In this document: in pieces, positions 24,372 through 34,779 of the stretch
How positions within the stretch are numbered: position 1 is the stretch's first letter
Layout of the letters: each line of letters opens with the position of its first letter
Position numbers and translations under genes: made by a program
From: Ginkgo biloba
Lineage: Eukaryota; Plantae; Ginkgophyta
Direction: 5' to 3'
Length of the DNA: 34,779 bases
Assembly (NCBI GenBank): GCA_024626585.2
Contig: JANKJI020000002.1
Span: 205,081,753-205,116,531, forward strand
The notes under the pieces: generated by a model
Databases searched by the model: none
What the model was told of the DNA's origin: nothing
The model's input: only the letters and a program-made list of their open reading frames with translations

Positions 24372-27300
24372 TTAGTAGGAAACACCCACATGCTTCATAA
24401 GTCCAGGTATGTGAACGTTGAAGGTGTAGCTCTTCCAATTTATGCACTTCACATCAAAGTTGAAGTATTTTTTATCTTCTTTGGATAATTCCTTCCATAA
24501 ACACTCTGTATTTGAGTTGTCAAACCTGTCAACTAGTATCATTAGAGACAACAAAAATGGATAAATGACACATTATATATGTACAAGTGGGAATATGGAA
24601 GAATCAAAATACTTACATTCCTTTGAAGAAAATAAAAGGCTCGTATAACTCAGCCAAGTTCATTACAAATTTATACTTTCTTAGTAGATAGTTGTATTGT
24701 TTCCTTAGGAGACCACATAATAATATATCTACCATTCCCAGCAGCTGTCAATCNNNNNNNNNNNNNNNNNNNNNNNNNNNNNNNNNNNNNNNNNNNNNNN
24801 NNNNNNNNNNNNNNNNNNNNNNNNNNNNNNTGTATCGTCGAAATCTATCCATGCTCTTTAGGACGTATGGTTCTTTCACCTTAACTACATTTCCATTCTT
24901 AGATGTACATGGATGTAATGAGAAGTACCTATAAGCAGCATCCACACCAATGTCATAGTATAATGTATTTGCAACAGAAGAAGCTAGGTGATACACAAAT
25001 AGATCGGGCTCTGAAGCATGTCTTGCAATAGATGAGATNNNNNNNNNNNNNNNNNNNNNNNNNNNNNNNNNNNNNNNNNNNNNNNNNNNNNNNNNNNNNN
25101 NNNNNNNNNNNNNNNNNNNNNNNNNNNNNNNNNNNNNNNNNNNNNNNNNNNNNNNNNNNNNNNNNNNNNNNNNNNNNNNNNNNNNNNNNNNNNNNNNNNN
25201 NNNNNNNNNNNNNNNNNNNNNNNNNNNNNNNNNNNNNNNNNNNNNNNNNNNNNNNNNNNNNNNNNNNNNNNNNNNNNNNNNNNNNNNNNNNNNNNNNNNN
25301 NNNNNNNNNNNNNNNNNNNNNNNNNNNNNNNNNNNNNNNNNNNNNNNNNNNNNNNNNNNNNNNNNNNNNNNNNNNNNNNNNNNNNNNNNNNNNNNNNNNN
25401 NNNNNNNNNNNNNNNNNNNNNNNNNNNNNNNNNNNNNNNNNNNNNNNNNNNNNNNNNNNNNNNNNNNNNNNNNNNNNNNNNNNNNNNNNNNNNNNNNNNN
25501 NNNNNNNNNNNNNNNNNNNNNNNNNNNNNNNNNNNNNNNNNNNNNNNNNNNNNNNNNNNNNNTGCCCTTTATCGAGTAAAGCAACCGTTACTTTGTGCTT
25601 TTTATTTTATTATTGGTGTCTACTTCTTAACTTTATGTCAACATTGGAGTGTCATAATTAAATTAAGAAATAATTTTAATTCAAAATTTCCAAAATAAAA
25701 AGCAGTATACCATCATTTCATTCGGTTAAATAGTAATTAATGTTTCAAAATTTAAATTTCTTTTTTTATAGAACAAATTTTGGTCAATCCAAAAACTAAG
25801 GACCTATAGAGTATAATTGATAAATAAGAATAAGAATAATACAATCCCCTAGAGCATTAAACCAATGTAAAATTCTTAATATTATTATCTAGAATAAGGA
25901 TTGATTAAGAATATTCTTATTACCTGTTACCTTCCATCCACCCTGGGATTGGCTCCGCTAACGTACTCTCGATTATGCTTGGTCGAATGATAACAGTGGG
26001 TATATTTTCTCTCATCTCATCCACCACCATCTCTCCCATAGCTTTGGTGAAAACGTAGGCGTTTGGCCAACCGAACATTCTGGCTCTGTTTGAATTGAAA
26101 TCCCTTCAAATCTTAGACGTTGTTTTTATTTTTTGAATATATATCAATTTCCATGCAATCGTAAAACAAGTTTAAGTGCAGTGGGGCTAAATACCTCTCT
26201 ATTCCCAGCTCTTTCATCCGATGCCTCTCTTTTTTCTCCTTGACCGAATTTATATCAGAAGAGCCTTTGAGTTCATCAAGAGTCTTTCTTATTAAATTGC
26301 ATTCCGATTCTATTTCCCAGGGGGCCATGCTCACAGAATTGATTGATAGCCTTTCTCCCATCCTATGGACTTCTTCTGTGATTATGCCCGTCCTTCCAAC
26401 GTTCACATAAGCTGCAGGCAGATAAAAAAAAAAAATTGTAATGGATCGAGATCTGGTAGTCCAACGTGATATATTTCCGATTAAATAATTCTGAGAAATT
26501 GTTAAAAATCAGTTAAACAGAAAAATTAGCTTGTGGGGAGACATGGATACCAGTGGANNNNNNNNNNNNNNNNNNNNNNNNNNNNNNNNNNNNNCAGAGA
26601 ACTTGTAGTTTACAGCAGCGTTTACAAAAGTTCACAACATTTATAGCTCCCAATGTGTTCACATTCATGGCCACATCATACCTGTAATCCCACATAAAAA
26701 ACCACAATGATGTAAACCTAATGGGCCATCAAAGTTTAAAATAGGCAGCATTTGATTCCATTTCCATCTTAATAATAAATTTATTTTTGGGGAAATTAAA
26801 CCCACCTTTCATAAAATGTTGTCGTGGCTGCAATGTTGACAACGATATCAATCTTTGCCCACAATTGTTCTCTGATGCTTTCTTCAATGCCTAAATTCTC
26901 AGATGCCACGTCTCCAAAGACGGGAACAAGTTTTCGTGCTATGAATCCCTCGTAGTGCCCTTCGTAACGCTCTCGCAGAGGCTTGAACAACTCTGTTCGT
27001 ATTACCTGTATAGATACACATTAGCAGTTAATGTTCCGATTAAATTAATTATATCTTCCAAAATCACCATAAAATCAATCTTCAGATGAACAACATATTC
27101 GCTTGGCTATGAGTCTGCCATTAAGGAAATATGGTAGAATTGGATGCATCAGCTTACTTGTTTATGGAGTTTTTCTTGGGCCGACTGTAAATCATTTGCC
27201 CTGATAACAGTAAAAATGGCTCCCACATCCGGTTGCACTCGCAGTATTTTCTCCAGAAAAACTGTCATGATAATTACTACGAGTTAGCAATATTTATCAT

Positions 27301-27411
27301 TTAAAAACATAATTTAAAATCCCATGGTTTACCTTTTCCAACGAACCCAGTGGCGCCAAGGATCAGAACATTCTTACTCTCAAGAAACTCAATAATGCTG
27401 CTTATGGCCAT
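24372..27411 (-). CDS. FAR: Fatty acyl-CoA/ACP reductase, alcohol-forming (FAR; MS2/CER4 family), copy B; 10-exon model, ~497 aa, apparently intact
   Basis: Manually spliced with GT-AG sites and consistent phases. E1 27411-27333 ([26 protein letters not shown]; Rossmann GxxGxxG). E2 27261-27158 ([13 protein letters not shown]). E3 27005-26806 (KLVPVFGDV...[11 protein letters not shown]). E4 26681-26551 ([12 protein letters not shown]...ST, internal N gap). E5 26411-26195 (AYVNVG...MKELGIER). E6 26085-25924 ([15 protein letters not shown] catalytic YxxxK; [18 protein letters not shown]). E7 not visible, presumed in gap 25039-25562. E8 visible 25038-24831 ([12 protein letters not shown]). E9 24744-24617 ([13 protein letters not shown]). 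E10 24525-24372 (FDNSNT...[10 protein letters not shown]...[11 protein letters not shown]). The length estimate borrows FAR-A exon sizes for the gapped parts. Confidence 0.93.
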
Positions 27412-27856
27412 GGTCTCTGAGCCACACACAGACTGAACAGCGAAGATATTTCTGACAAAATCTGTGGGTAAGGTTAGAAGACACACATTGTGGCCAAGAT
27501 TTATGAAAGAATACGGACGGTGATTAAAGGAATCGACATGTTACAGTTGGCAATGGTTAATGCTTCTCATTCATTGCTCCGCCCTGCCTCCACTCTGAGA
27601 GTCAGCACACGATAGTAAAATATTTGTATTTTAAGGTAGAAGAGAGACCAAACATATGTCCATGCAATGCAATGTTAATGTATTATGTGGCATAACAGAT
27701 TTCGGAGGAGGTGCACTCAACGCGATTTCTATACATACATGTCACGAGAGGTAGCAATCTATCCGTCCAACAATCTCTTTATTAATGAGACTCAATGGCA
27801 CCATTCAATTGATTCAAAGATATTGTGTCTTCTATCTCTTCATTATTGAACACCAT

Positions 27857-27864
27857 CACGTGTC
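27857..27864 (+). promoter_or_regulatory. G-box/ABRE core (CACGTGTC) upstream of FAR-B
   Basis: Exact CACGTG plus the ACGTGTC ABRE core, ~450 nt upstream of the FAR-B ATG, inside a CpG-retaining stretch. Confidence 0.35.
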
Positions 27865-30800
27865 CTCTTAATGTGGAGAGATTGTTGGGTAGATAGATTG
27901 TTCGCTTTGTCATTTGAGAAGGGCATAAATTATTTGGCCAATAATCAATGATCAATTTTGAAAGAAAAGTCATCGTGGGTGGTTAGTGTCAACTTATTAA
28001 AATTTCAACGTATTGTTTAGATTTTTTTATACCTTTCGATGTCATTTTTAGTTTAGTCAAATTTTGATGGCGTGTACTATGAATGAGTGGCCCATTTTTG
28101 TCTAGATAGTTCACTCCTTAAAGACTCTATGGCATTATTTAGCGTATTCAAAATTATATGTGGATTGTGATGGTTTATGAAAGAATGATAAACTTACCAA
28201 CATTTATCTATCCTTAAATTATAAATCATCAATAACAAGATGTAAATAAAATTAAAAACAATAAGACCAATATCCACATAGTGTCAAGCCATTGCATATG
28301 TTTTTATGTTTATTTGAAAAAAGTTATATAATCATATGACTTAAGCAAATATGATAAAGGGTATTAGCCATGAAGTGGNNNNNNNNNNNNNNNNNNNNNN
28401 NNNNNNNNNNNNNNNNNNNNNNNNNNNNNNNNNNNNNNNNNNNNNNNNNNNNNNNNNNNNNNNNNNNNNNNNNNNNNNNNNNNNNNNNNNNNNNNNNNNN
28501 NNNNNNNNNNNNNNNNNNNNNNNNNNNNNNNNNNNNNNNNNNNNNNNNNNNNNNNNNNNNNNNNNNNNNNNNNNNNNNNNNNNNNNNNNNNNNNNNNNNN
28601 NNNNNNNNNNNNNNNNNNNNNNNNNNNNNNNNNNNNNNNNNNNNNNNNNNNNNNNNNNNNNNNNNNNNNNNNNNNNNNNNNNNNNNNNNNNNNNNNNNNN
28701 NNNNNNNNNNNNNNNNNNNNNNNNNNNNNNNNNNNNNNNNNNNNNNNNNNNNNNNNNNNNNNNNNNNNNNNNNNNNNNNNNNNNNNNNNNNNNNNNNNNN
28801 NNNNNNNNNNNNNNNNNNNNNNNNNNNNNNNNNNNNNNNNNNNNNNNNNNNNNNNNNNNNNNNNNNNNNNNNNNNNNNNNNNNNNNNNNNNNNNNNNNNN
28901 NNNNNNNNNNNNNNNNNNNNNNNNNNNNNNNNNNNNNNNNNNNNNNNNNNNNNNNNNNNNNNNNNNNNNNNNNNNNNNNNNNNNNNNNNNNNNNNNNNNN
29001 NNNNNNNNNNNNNNNNNNNNNNNNNNNNNNNNNNNNNNNNNNNNNNNNNNNNNNNNNNNNNNNNNNNNNNNNNNNNNNNNNNNNNNNNNNNNNNNNNNNN
29101 NNNNNNNNNNNNNNNNNNNNNNNNNNNNNNNNNNNNNNNNNNNNNNNNNNNNNNNNNNNNNNNNNNNNNNNNNNNNNNNNNNNNNNNNNNNNNNNNNNNN
29201 NNNNNNNNNNNNNNNNNNNNNNNNNNNNNNNNNNNNNNNNNNNNNNNNNNNNNNNNNNNNNNNNNNNNNNNNNNNNNNNNNNNNNNNNNNNNNNNNNNNN
29301 NNNNNNNNNNNNNNNNNNNNNNNNNNNNNNNNNNNNNNNNNNNNNNNNNNNNNNNNNNNNNNNNNNNNNNNNNNATGTTTCATTGAACAGTATAACTTAG
29401 GATGGATAGTTACTTACTTAACATTAGGTGGTTAGTTTTAATTATAAAGTAAGAAGAAACTTTAAAGTAGATGACCTCTAAGAATAAGAACCCCTTTCTT
29501 TAAGCTAAACATAAAAATCCTTGAACTAATGGGAGAGCTAAACACCTTAAGGGAAAAATATTTCTAGTAAGAAATGAGCTTGGATTAGTGTAATGAATTT
29601 GAAGATGTGAATAAATTATGCATTTAAGAATTAAATACAAGCTCTAGAAAATGAATAAAAAATCCTTGTAGATAGTTCTAACTCTAGATGATGATGAATA
29701 AGAACTTGTTTAGTGAACTCTATTTATAAAGTTAGCCACTCTTAGAGTTATGTATAAGCGCTGGTGTAAGAGAAATGGGTGTAATCCAAGATGAGTCATT
29801 AAGGACCTATTAAGGTAGAATTAGGATTTATGGTGGTGGATAAACTAAACTAGTGGAAGATTCCTCAAATAGCACCACATCAAAATATAATTCTAACATA
29901 TCATTATTTGAGGTCCCAAAATCCATATCTTTATTATTTGTTAGTACCTCAAGGAATCTTCCCCGTGAGTCTAGTAAAAATAAGGTGATTCACTCCACAT
30001 ATGAGTAAGAATCACTATGATTATCATCATCTAATTTATCACTATATATATGGATAACTTCCTTGTTTTCCATCTTCCATGCTCATTGCGAAAATATAGA
30101 GTAAGAGAATGTAATTCTTAATATCCTCATGAGTCAATATCAATCATTTTTGGGGTGGAAGGTACCCTTTTAATTAATGATTATCTTCTCTCTCTATCTT
30201 TAGGATACCATTAGAATGGTTGTATCACACCTTGGGCTCTCTGTGATTATGTATATGGCCTCCTAGTAATAGTACTACTACTACTCGTTAATTCTATAAT
30301 TGATGAGCAATCTTAAAACCTTAGGAAATTTCCCAATGTCATCTCCATTTCTATTGAAATCTAGTCTTGGCACTTGGTTGTGAATGTGGATAAGGCTTAT
30401 CTACTATAACTCAGAGTGAAAGTACCAAAGTAGTGTAACAATAAGGAGTCATAGGACTCTTTAACTTATGAGGGATAGTTCCCTTATTTATAAATAATAA
30501 AATAAAAAAAGGGGAGGNNNNNNNNNNNNNNNNNNNNNNNNNNNNNNNNNNNNNNNNNNNNNNNNNNNNNNNNNNNNNNNNNNNNNNNNNNNNNNNNNNN
30601 NNNNNNNNNNNNNNNNNGTTACATGAATGTTGTTTATATTATCATTCACCACCTAATTACGTGTATTGATATTTGATGTAGATCTATGACATTATTCACT
30701 ATGAAAGACTAGATAGTTTTCCTTATCCCTCCTCTCCTAATATAATATCATACATCTCTCTAAGAAAAAAAATCATTACACCATATGAGTTAAGGAACAT

Positions 30801-31499
30801 ATTTGAATAGAAAGCCTCATTTTAAAACCTTCAAATATTATAAATGGCTTCTTTGAATATTAGGCACTAGACAAACTAAGAAATTTCATTCTCTTCAAAC
30901 CATCCAAAAGAGAGAGAAGAAGAGGATATTACGAAGAAAGATAAAATTGATTCCTTCTCATGATCCATATTTATTTTGACATTGTCAATCTCAAAAAAGT
31001 TTAGAATTCTATATTCTATGTGCGTCTCATAGTTGGCCATCTCCATAAAAAATTAAGGAACATAACTAGGACATATTTAAAGNNNNNNNNNNNNNNNNNN
31101 NNNNNNNNNNNNNNNNNNNNNNNNNNNNNNNNNNNNNAGGATTTATAATCAATTCTCCAATAAATAAAATTTTACTTATTTCATGCCTTATTCCCCTAAA
31201 CCTAAGACCATTTTACTTGATCTAATTCATTCATTTACCTTTACTAAGCCTTTCATGGATGTATTCATCAAATGTTTTTAATCTAAAATTTGTCCACTTT
31301 TAATTTGAACCTTAAATATTCATTTTCATTAGGCTAAGTGTCTAAAGCTAGAGAGAAGGTCCACCCTCTATAACGCATCATTTACCTTAATAATAATACA
31401 TGATAGTCCAATAATTCACTATCATCCACTATTAAGTTAGAAATGGTTTTCTTTTTCATCTTAAAAATCACTAAAATCTATAACCTTTATTAACCCCAT

Positions 31500-32182
31500 T
31501 ACTACGCATAGCTCGAAGAGATCCTAGTATTCTATTATCTAAGAAAAAAAATAATTGTCCACTATCCATTCTCTTATCTATTTAGAAAACTATGTTCTGG
31601 CCTTTATATCCTAGGGAATTAAAAAATATTTTGTTGGAATATAATTTCAATACTTGGTGATCAATTTTAAAATATTTAACCTACCTTACTTCTATGTCAC
31701 ACCCTATAAAACTTCATCTCTCATGAGCCCATAACAGTATCTATTTAGTAGTATTTACTTCTGCAGTCACTCACCTATTTGAAGAAAATTCTAGCATTTA
31801 TTTTTCCCTTAAACCTTTGATAAATGATAGTGGTCATGAATGTTGATACCCCCACTTTATTTTAGGGAAGTAACCTTTTTTTTAGTTCATAAGGTGATAT
31901 CATGATTTTTCCCCCACTTTAGGAGACCAAATAAATTTTATTTCCATGCTCTTTTCATAACATATTTTGGTGCATGTAATAAGGATTTTTTTATAATTTA
32001 ACATCCAAGCCAATCTAGATTAAAATATTATTTTCCTCTAAGATAGATTCAGAAACTTGTTTGGATATGCTTCTATTTTCATTCATATGTTATCCAAGAA
32101 ATTTTTCTAATAAAATATCATGATCTTGCCAAAATCTATTAGAATCCCTAGATACTTAATATAGGTGGTTTCTTGTATCAAA
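31500..32182 (-). mobile_element. Degenerate L1-type LINE ORF2 (RT C-terminal region)
   Basis: Minus strand: IKYLGI (~32144-32161), then FLDNI*MKIEAYPNKFLNLS*RKIIF*SRLAWML...APKYV (cf. KIxxKLxxWxxRxLSxAGRxxLIKSVL...P), KVTSLKIKWG (cf. KVCxPKxxGGLG) and GQNIVF*ID (cf. GxxIxFWxD). Confidence 0.65.
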
Positions 32183-33118
32183 NNNNNNNNNNNNNNNNNN
32201 NNNNNNNNNNNNNNNNNNNNNNNNNNNNNNNNNNNNNNNNNNNNNNNNNNNNNNNNNNNNNNNNNNNNNNNNNNNNNNNNNNNNNNNNNNNNNNNNNNNN
32301 NNNNNNNNNNNNNNNNNNNNNNNNNNNNNNNNNNNNNNNNNNNNNNNNNNNNNNNNNNNNNNNNNNNNNNNNNNNNNNNNNNNNNNNNNNNNNNNNNNNN
32401 NNNNNNNNNNNNNNNNNNNNNNNNNNNNNNNNNNNNNNNNNNNNNNNNNNNNNNNNNNNNNNNNNNNNNNNNNNNNNNNNNNNNNNNNNNNNNNNNNNNN
32501 NNNNNNNNNNNNNNNNNNNNNNNNNNNNNNNNNNNNNNNNNNNNNNNNNNNNNNNNNNNNNNNNNNNNNNNNNNNNNNNNNNNNNNNNNNNNNNNNNNNN
32601 NNNNNNNNNNNNNNNNNNNNNNNNNNNNNNNNNNNNNNNNNNNNNNNNNNNNNNNNNNNNNNNNNNNNNNNNNNNNNNNNNNNNNNNNNNNNNNNNNNNN
32701 NNNNNNNNNNNNNNNNNNNNNNTTTTTCTCAATCACTACTCCATCAACTCCTTCCTTATACTCAAAATTGGTCATCATCACTTTAGAATTAGTTTGAACC
32801 CCTCTTTCTTGCTTGATTACCTTTTATTCTTATTTGTATCATCCTTTTTTATACTTTCTAAGTAGTGGGGCCCTCGTCACTTATTCACACCAAATGTCAT
32901 TTTTAGATATGCCCTCTAATAGTACTATGTTAGATAGTATGCTCTTATGAGATAATTTATGCAACCATGCACTCTTTTACAACATTGATCAATTATGAAG
33001 TAAAAAATAAAAAATTAAAGAGAATCCCAAATGACTTGTCATTTTCCAAATGGACGAGGTTGCCTCCATATCCTCATGCATGGATTTATGTAATTTTGGA
33101 GTGTAGGGGTCTTATTCG

Positions 33119-33136
33119 CCAACACATTCCCCCTTT
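33119..33136 (-). mobile_element. Possible PPT/3'-LTR junction of a minus-strand LTR retrotransposon
   Basis: Minus strand AAAGGGGGAATG immediately followed by TGTTGG, a purine tract abutting a TG LTR start. No coding domain was recognised to confirm it. Confidence 0.35.
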
Positions 33137-33774
33137 ATCTATAAATGGATCCCTATAAAGGCTCAAAGGGAGGCAATTTAGTTTAGGCAAGTTCATGTTG
33201 CCAAATTTTCACTTCAAACCCTACTCGCAAGCTTTAGCATAGAGGCCTTAAGATGATTTTCTAGTTCTTATCCCCTTATTATCACCTATTTTAGAACCTA
33301 TTATATCCATGTTATCCATTTAACCTATATATCATCACTTACTTTATATCCACTTTCATGTCCCTTAGTCAACCTTATGGAATTTTATGATCACCCTATA
33401 GTTAACCTCAGATAACCATTACCATCCTATAAGTATCCTTTTTATATAGATATAAAAAACGGGTATCTTCCCATTATTTGATAGCATATAGTTCCTTCAT
33501 CCTTTCTCACCCAATGGGGATAAAGGGAGTTTTTTCATTGCAGATCATCATAAGACCTTGGCTTCGCATAAAGAGAGAGAGAGTACTCTTATATTCCATC
33601 TATAGTATATCCTTCTTGATGAGATTTCTCACCAAAATTTTCATCTCATCATGTGTTCTCTTTCTTTATGTCATTATTTCTTATGATTTCTTTATGCATG
33701 TTATTCATATCAAGGACTCCTTATGGATAAAGAACCCCCATATTTTATCCATTCAATACTTAGTGGAAGTTATA

Positions 33775-33897
33775 ATACTAGGGAGTGGCATTTTCCATTA
33801 GCATATTTTGGCAATTATACTCAGGAGTGATACTTGGCAAAAATATATTTTGGCAACCATACTAGAAAATGCAATGCATTCCCTAGCATTTTCACTT
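33775..33897. repeat. Degenerate 42-bp tandem repeat, ~3 copies
   Basis: The atact anchor recurs at 33775, 33817 and 33859 (exact 42-nt period); units share g(g)agtg and atattttggcaa blocks. Confidence 0.6.
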
Positions 33898-34779
33898 AAT
33901 TTTATCATATATGTGTAAGTTCATCCTATGGCTCTATTCTTTCTATAAGATTCTTATCTTTCATATGGAGCTTAAGCAAAATAATTTATGTATGGAAAGT
34001 AGTGTATGCACTCATGACATTTAGATAAATTTAAAAAATACTACTCAATCAAGAAGAAGACATCAATTTTTTAATAAATAAATTACATGCAGATGGAAAG
34101 ATCACTAGGATTTTTACAGGGTTATAAATCTATGTGTGTAAATAGCCAAGCTAGATACTAAGATGATAATTAGATACATAAAATAATTGATATACATCCC
34201 TTTATGACTATTACTCTTGTATTTGTGGAACATCGGTCCTCTATCCCCTAAGAAATTTATTCATCAACAAATTTATGGACTGTGTCGCCTCCATGGTCAT
34301 GATTTTTTATATTGCATCACTTTTATGTCAACTCATTATCTATATCTTTATCATTCCATCAATAGTTTCTATAGATCATATTGCTTCTTCTCTATTAATC
34401 CTGCAATATGATCTCCTATAAGACATTTTATCCCTACTCATTCTAAAGCTCTAAGCCCTGATAAACTTCACATTTCTTACCATGGATTTTATCCATTACA
34501 TAAAACAACTACATATACAACATCTTCTTGATACTTTATCTTCATATCTATTCTAAGCATTGATCCTTCATCAATAACCCTTGAGCATCACCTCTTACGT
34601 CGACCTCCTATACTATTTCTTTAAATTATGGCTACATTATTTCTCTTAAGTCTCAATGGGTCAAAGATATTATCAAGTCATAGATACATATGTAGTTAAT
34701 TTTTTTAGCTCATGTTATATGTTTATTATAAATATAGTTTATATACCTTCTATCTTCAAATATTATGTTATATGGTTTG

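Noticed and set aside
27412-27488. Apparent N-terminal extension of FAR-B (MCLLTLP...) and a tiny uORF (MCVF*, 27488-27474)
   Set aside because: The extension begins at GTG rather than ATG and is not transit-peptide-like. The uORF ATG probably lies at or upstream of the transcription start.
28351-29400. Long ORFs spanning N runs (also 16035-16561, 20652-21002, 22310-22646, 25032-25661, 32165-32865)
   Set aside because: Artefacts of assembly gaps translated as X.
33478-33801. 107-aa plus-strand hydrophobic ORF
   Set aside because: TTG start and low-complexity I/F/S/L composition typical of antisense AT-rich TE relics; no domain motif.

Overview
This is plant nuclear DNA (AT-rich, gap-riddled draft assembly), possibly from a gymnosperm; the taxon is an inference. 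The only host genes are a head-to-tail array of minus-strand fatty acyl reductases (FAR; MS2/CER4 family). FAR-B (27411->24372) has a 10-exon model of about 497 aa that is intact wherever visible; exon 7 and parts of exons 4 and 8 fall in N gaps. FAR-A (5482->3194) has clean exons 3-9 but a destroyed 5' end: all three Rossmann glycines are lost in exon 1, exon 2 has an AG->AA acceptor and a CGA->TGA stop, and exon 10 is not visible. A second, fully intact FAR exon 1 with its own TATA box lies just upstream (6254->6179) across a 100-N gap, implying a third copy or a duplicated 5' end. The proteins carry MS2/FAR2-FAR6-type core signatures but no plastid transit peptide. Intergenic DNA consists largely of old, heavily C->T/G->A-eroded retroelements: a Tat/Ogre-like gypsy, two CRM-like gypsy elements and an L1-type LINE. 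CpG-retaining islands mark the FAR genes and promoters. I see no RNA genes, CRISPR arrays or clearly new biological system beyond the atypical FAR array.
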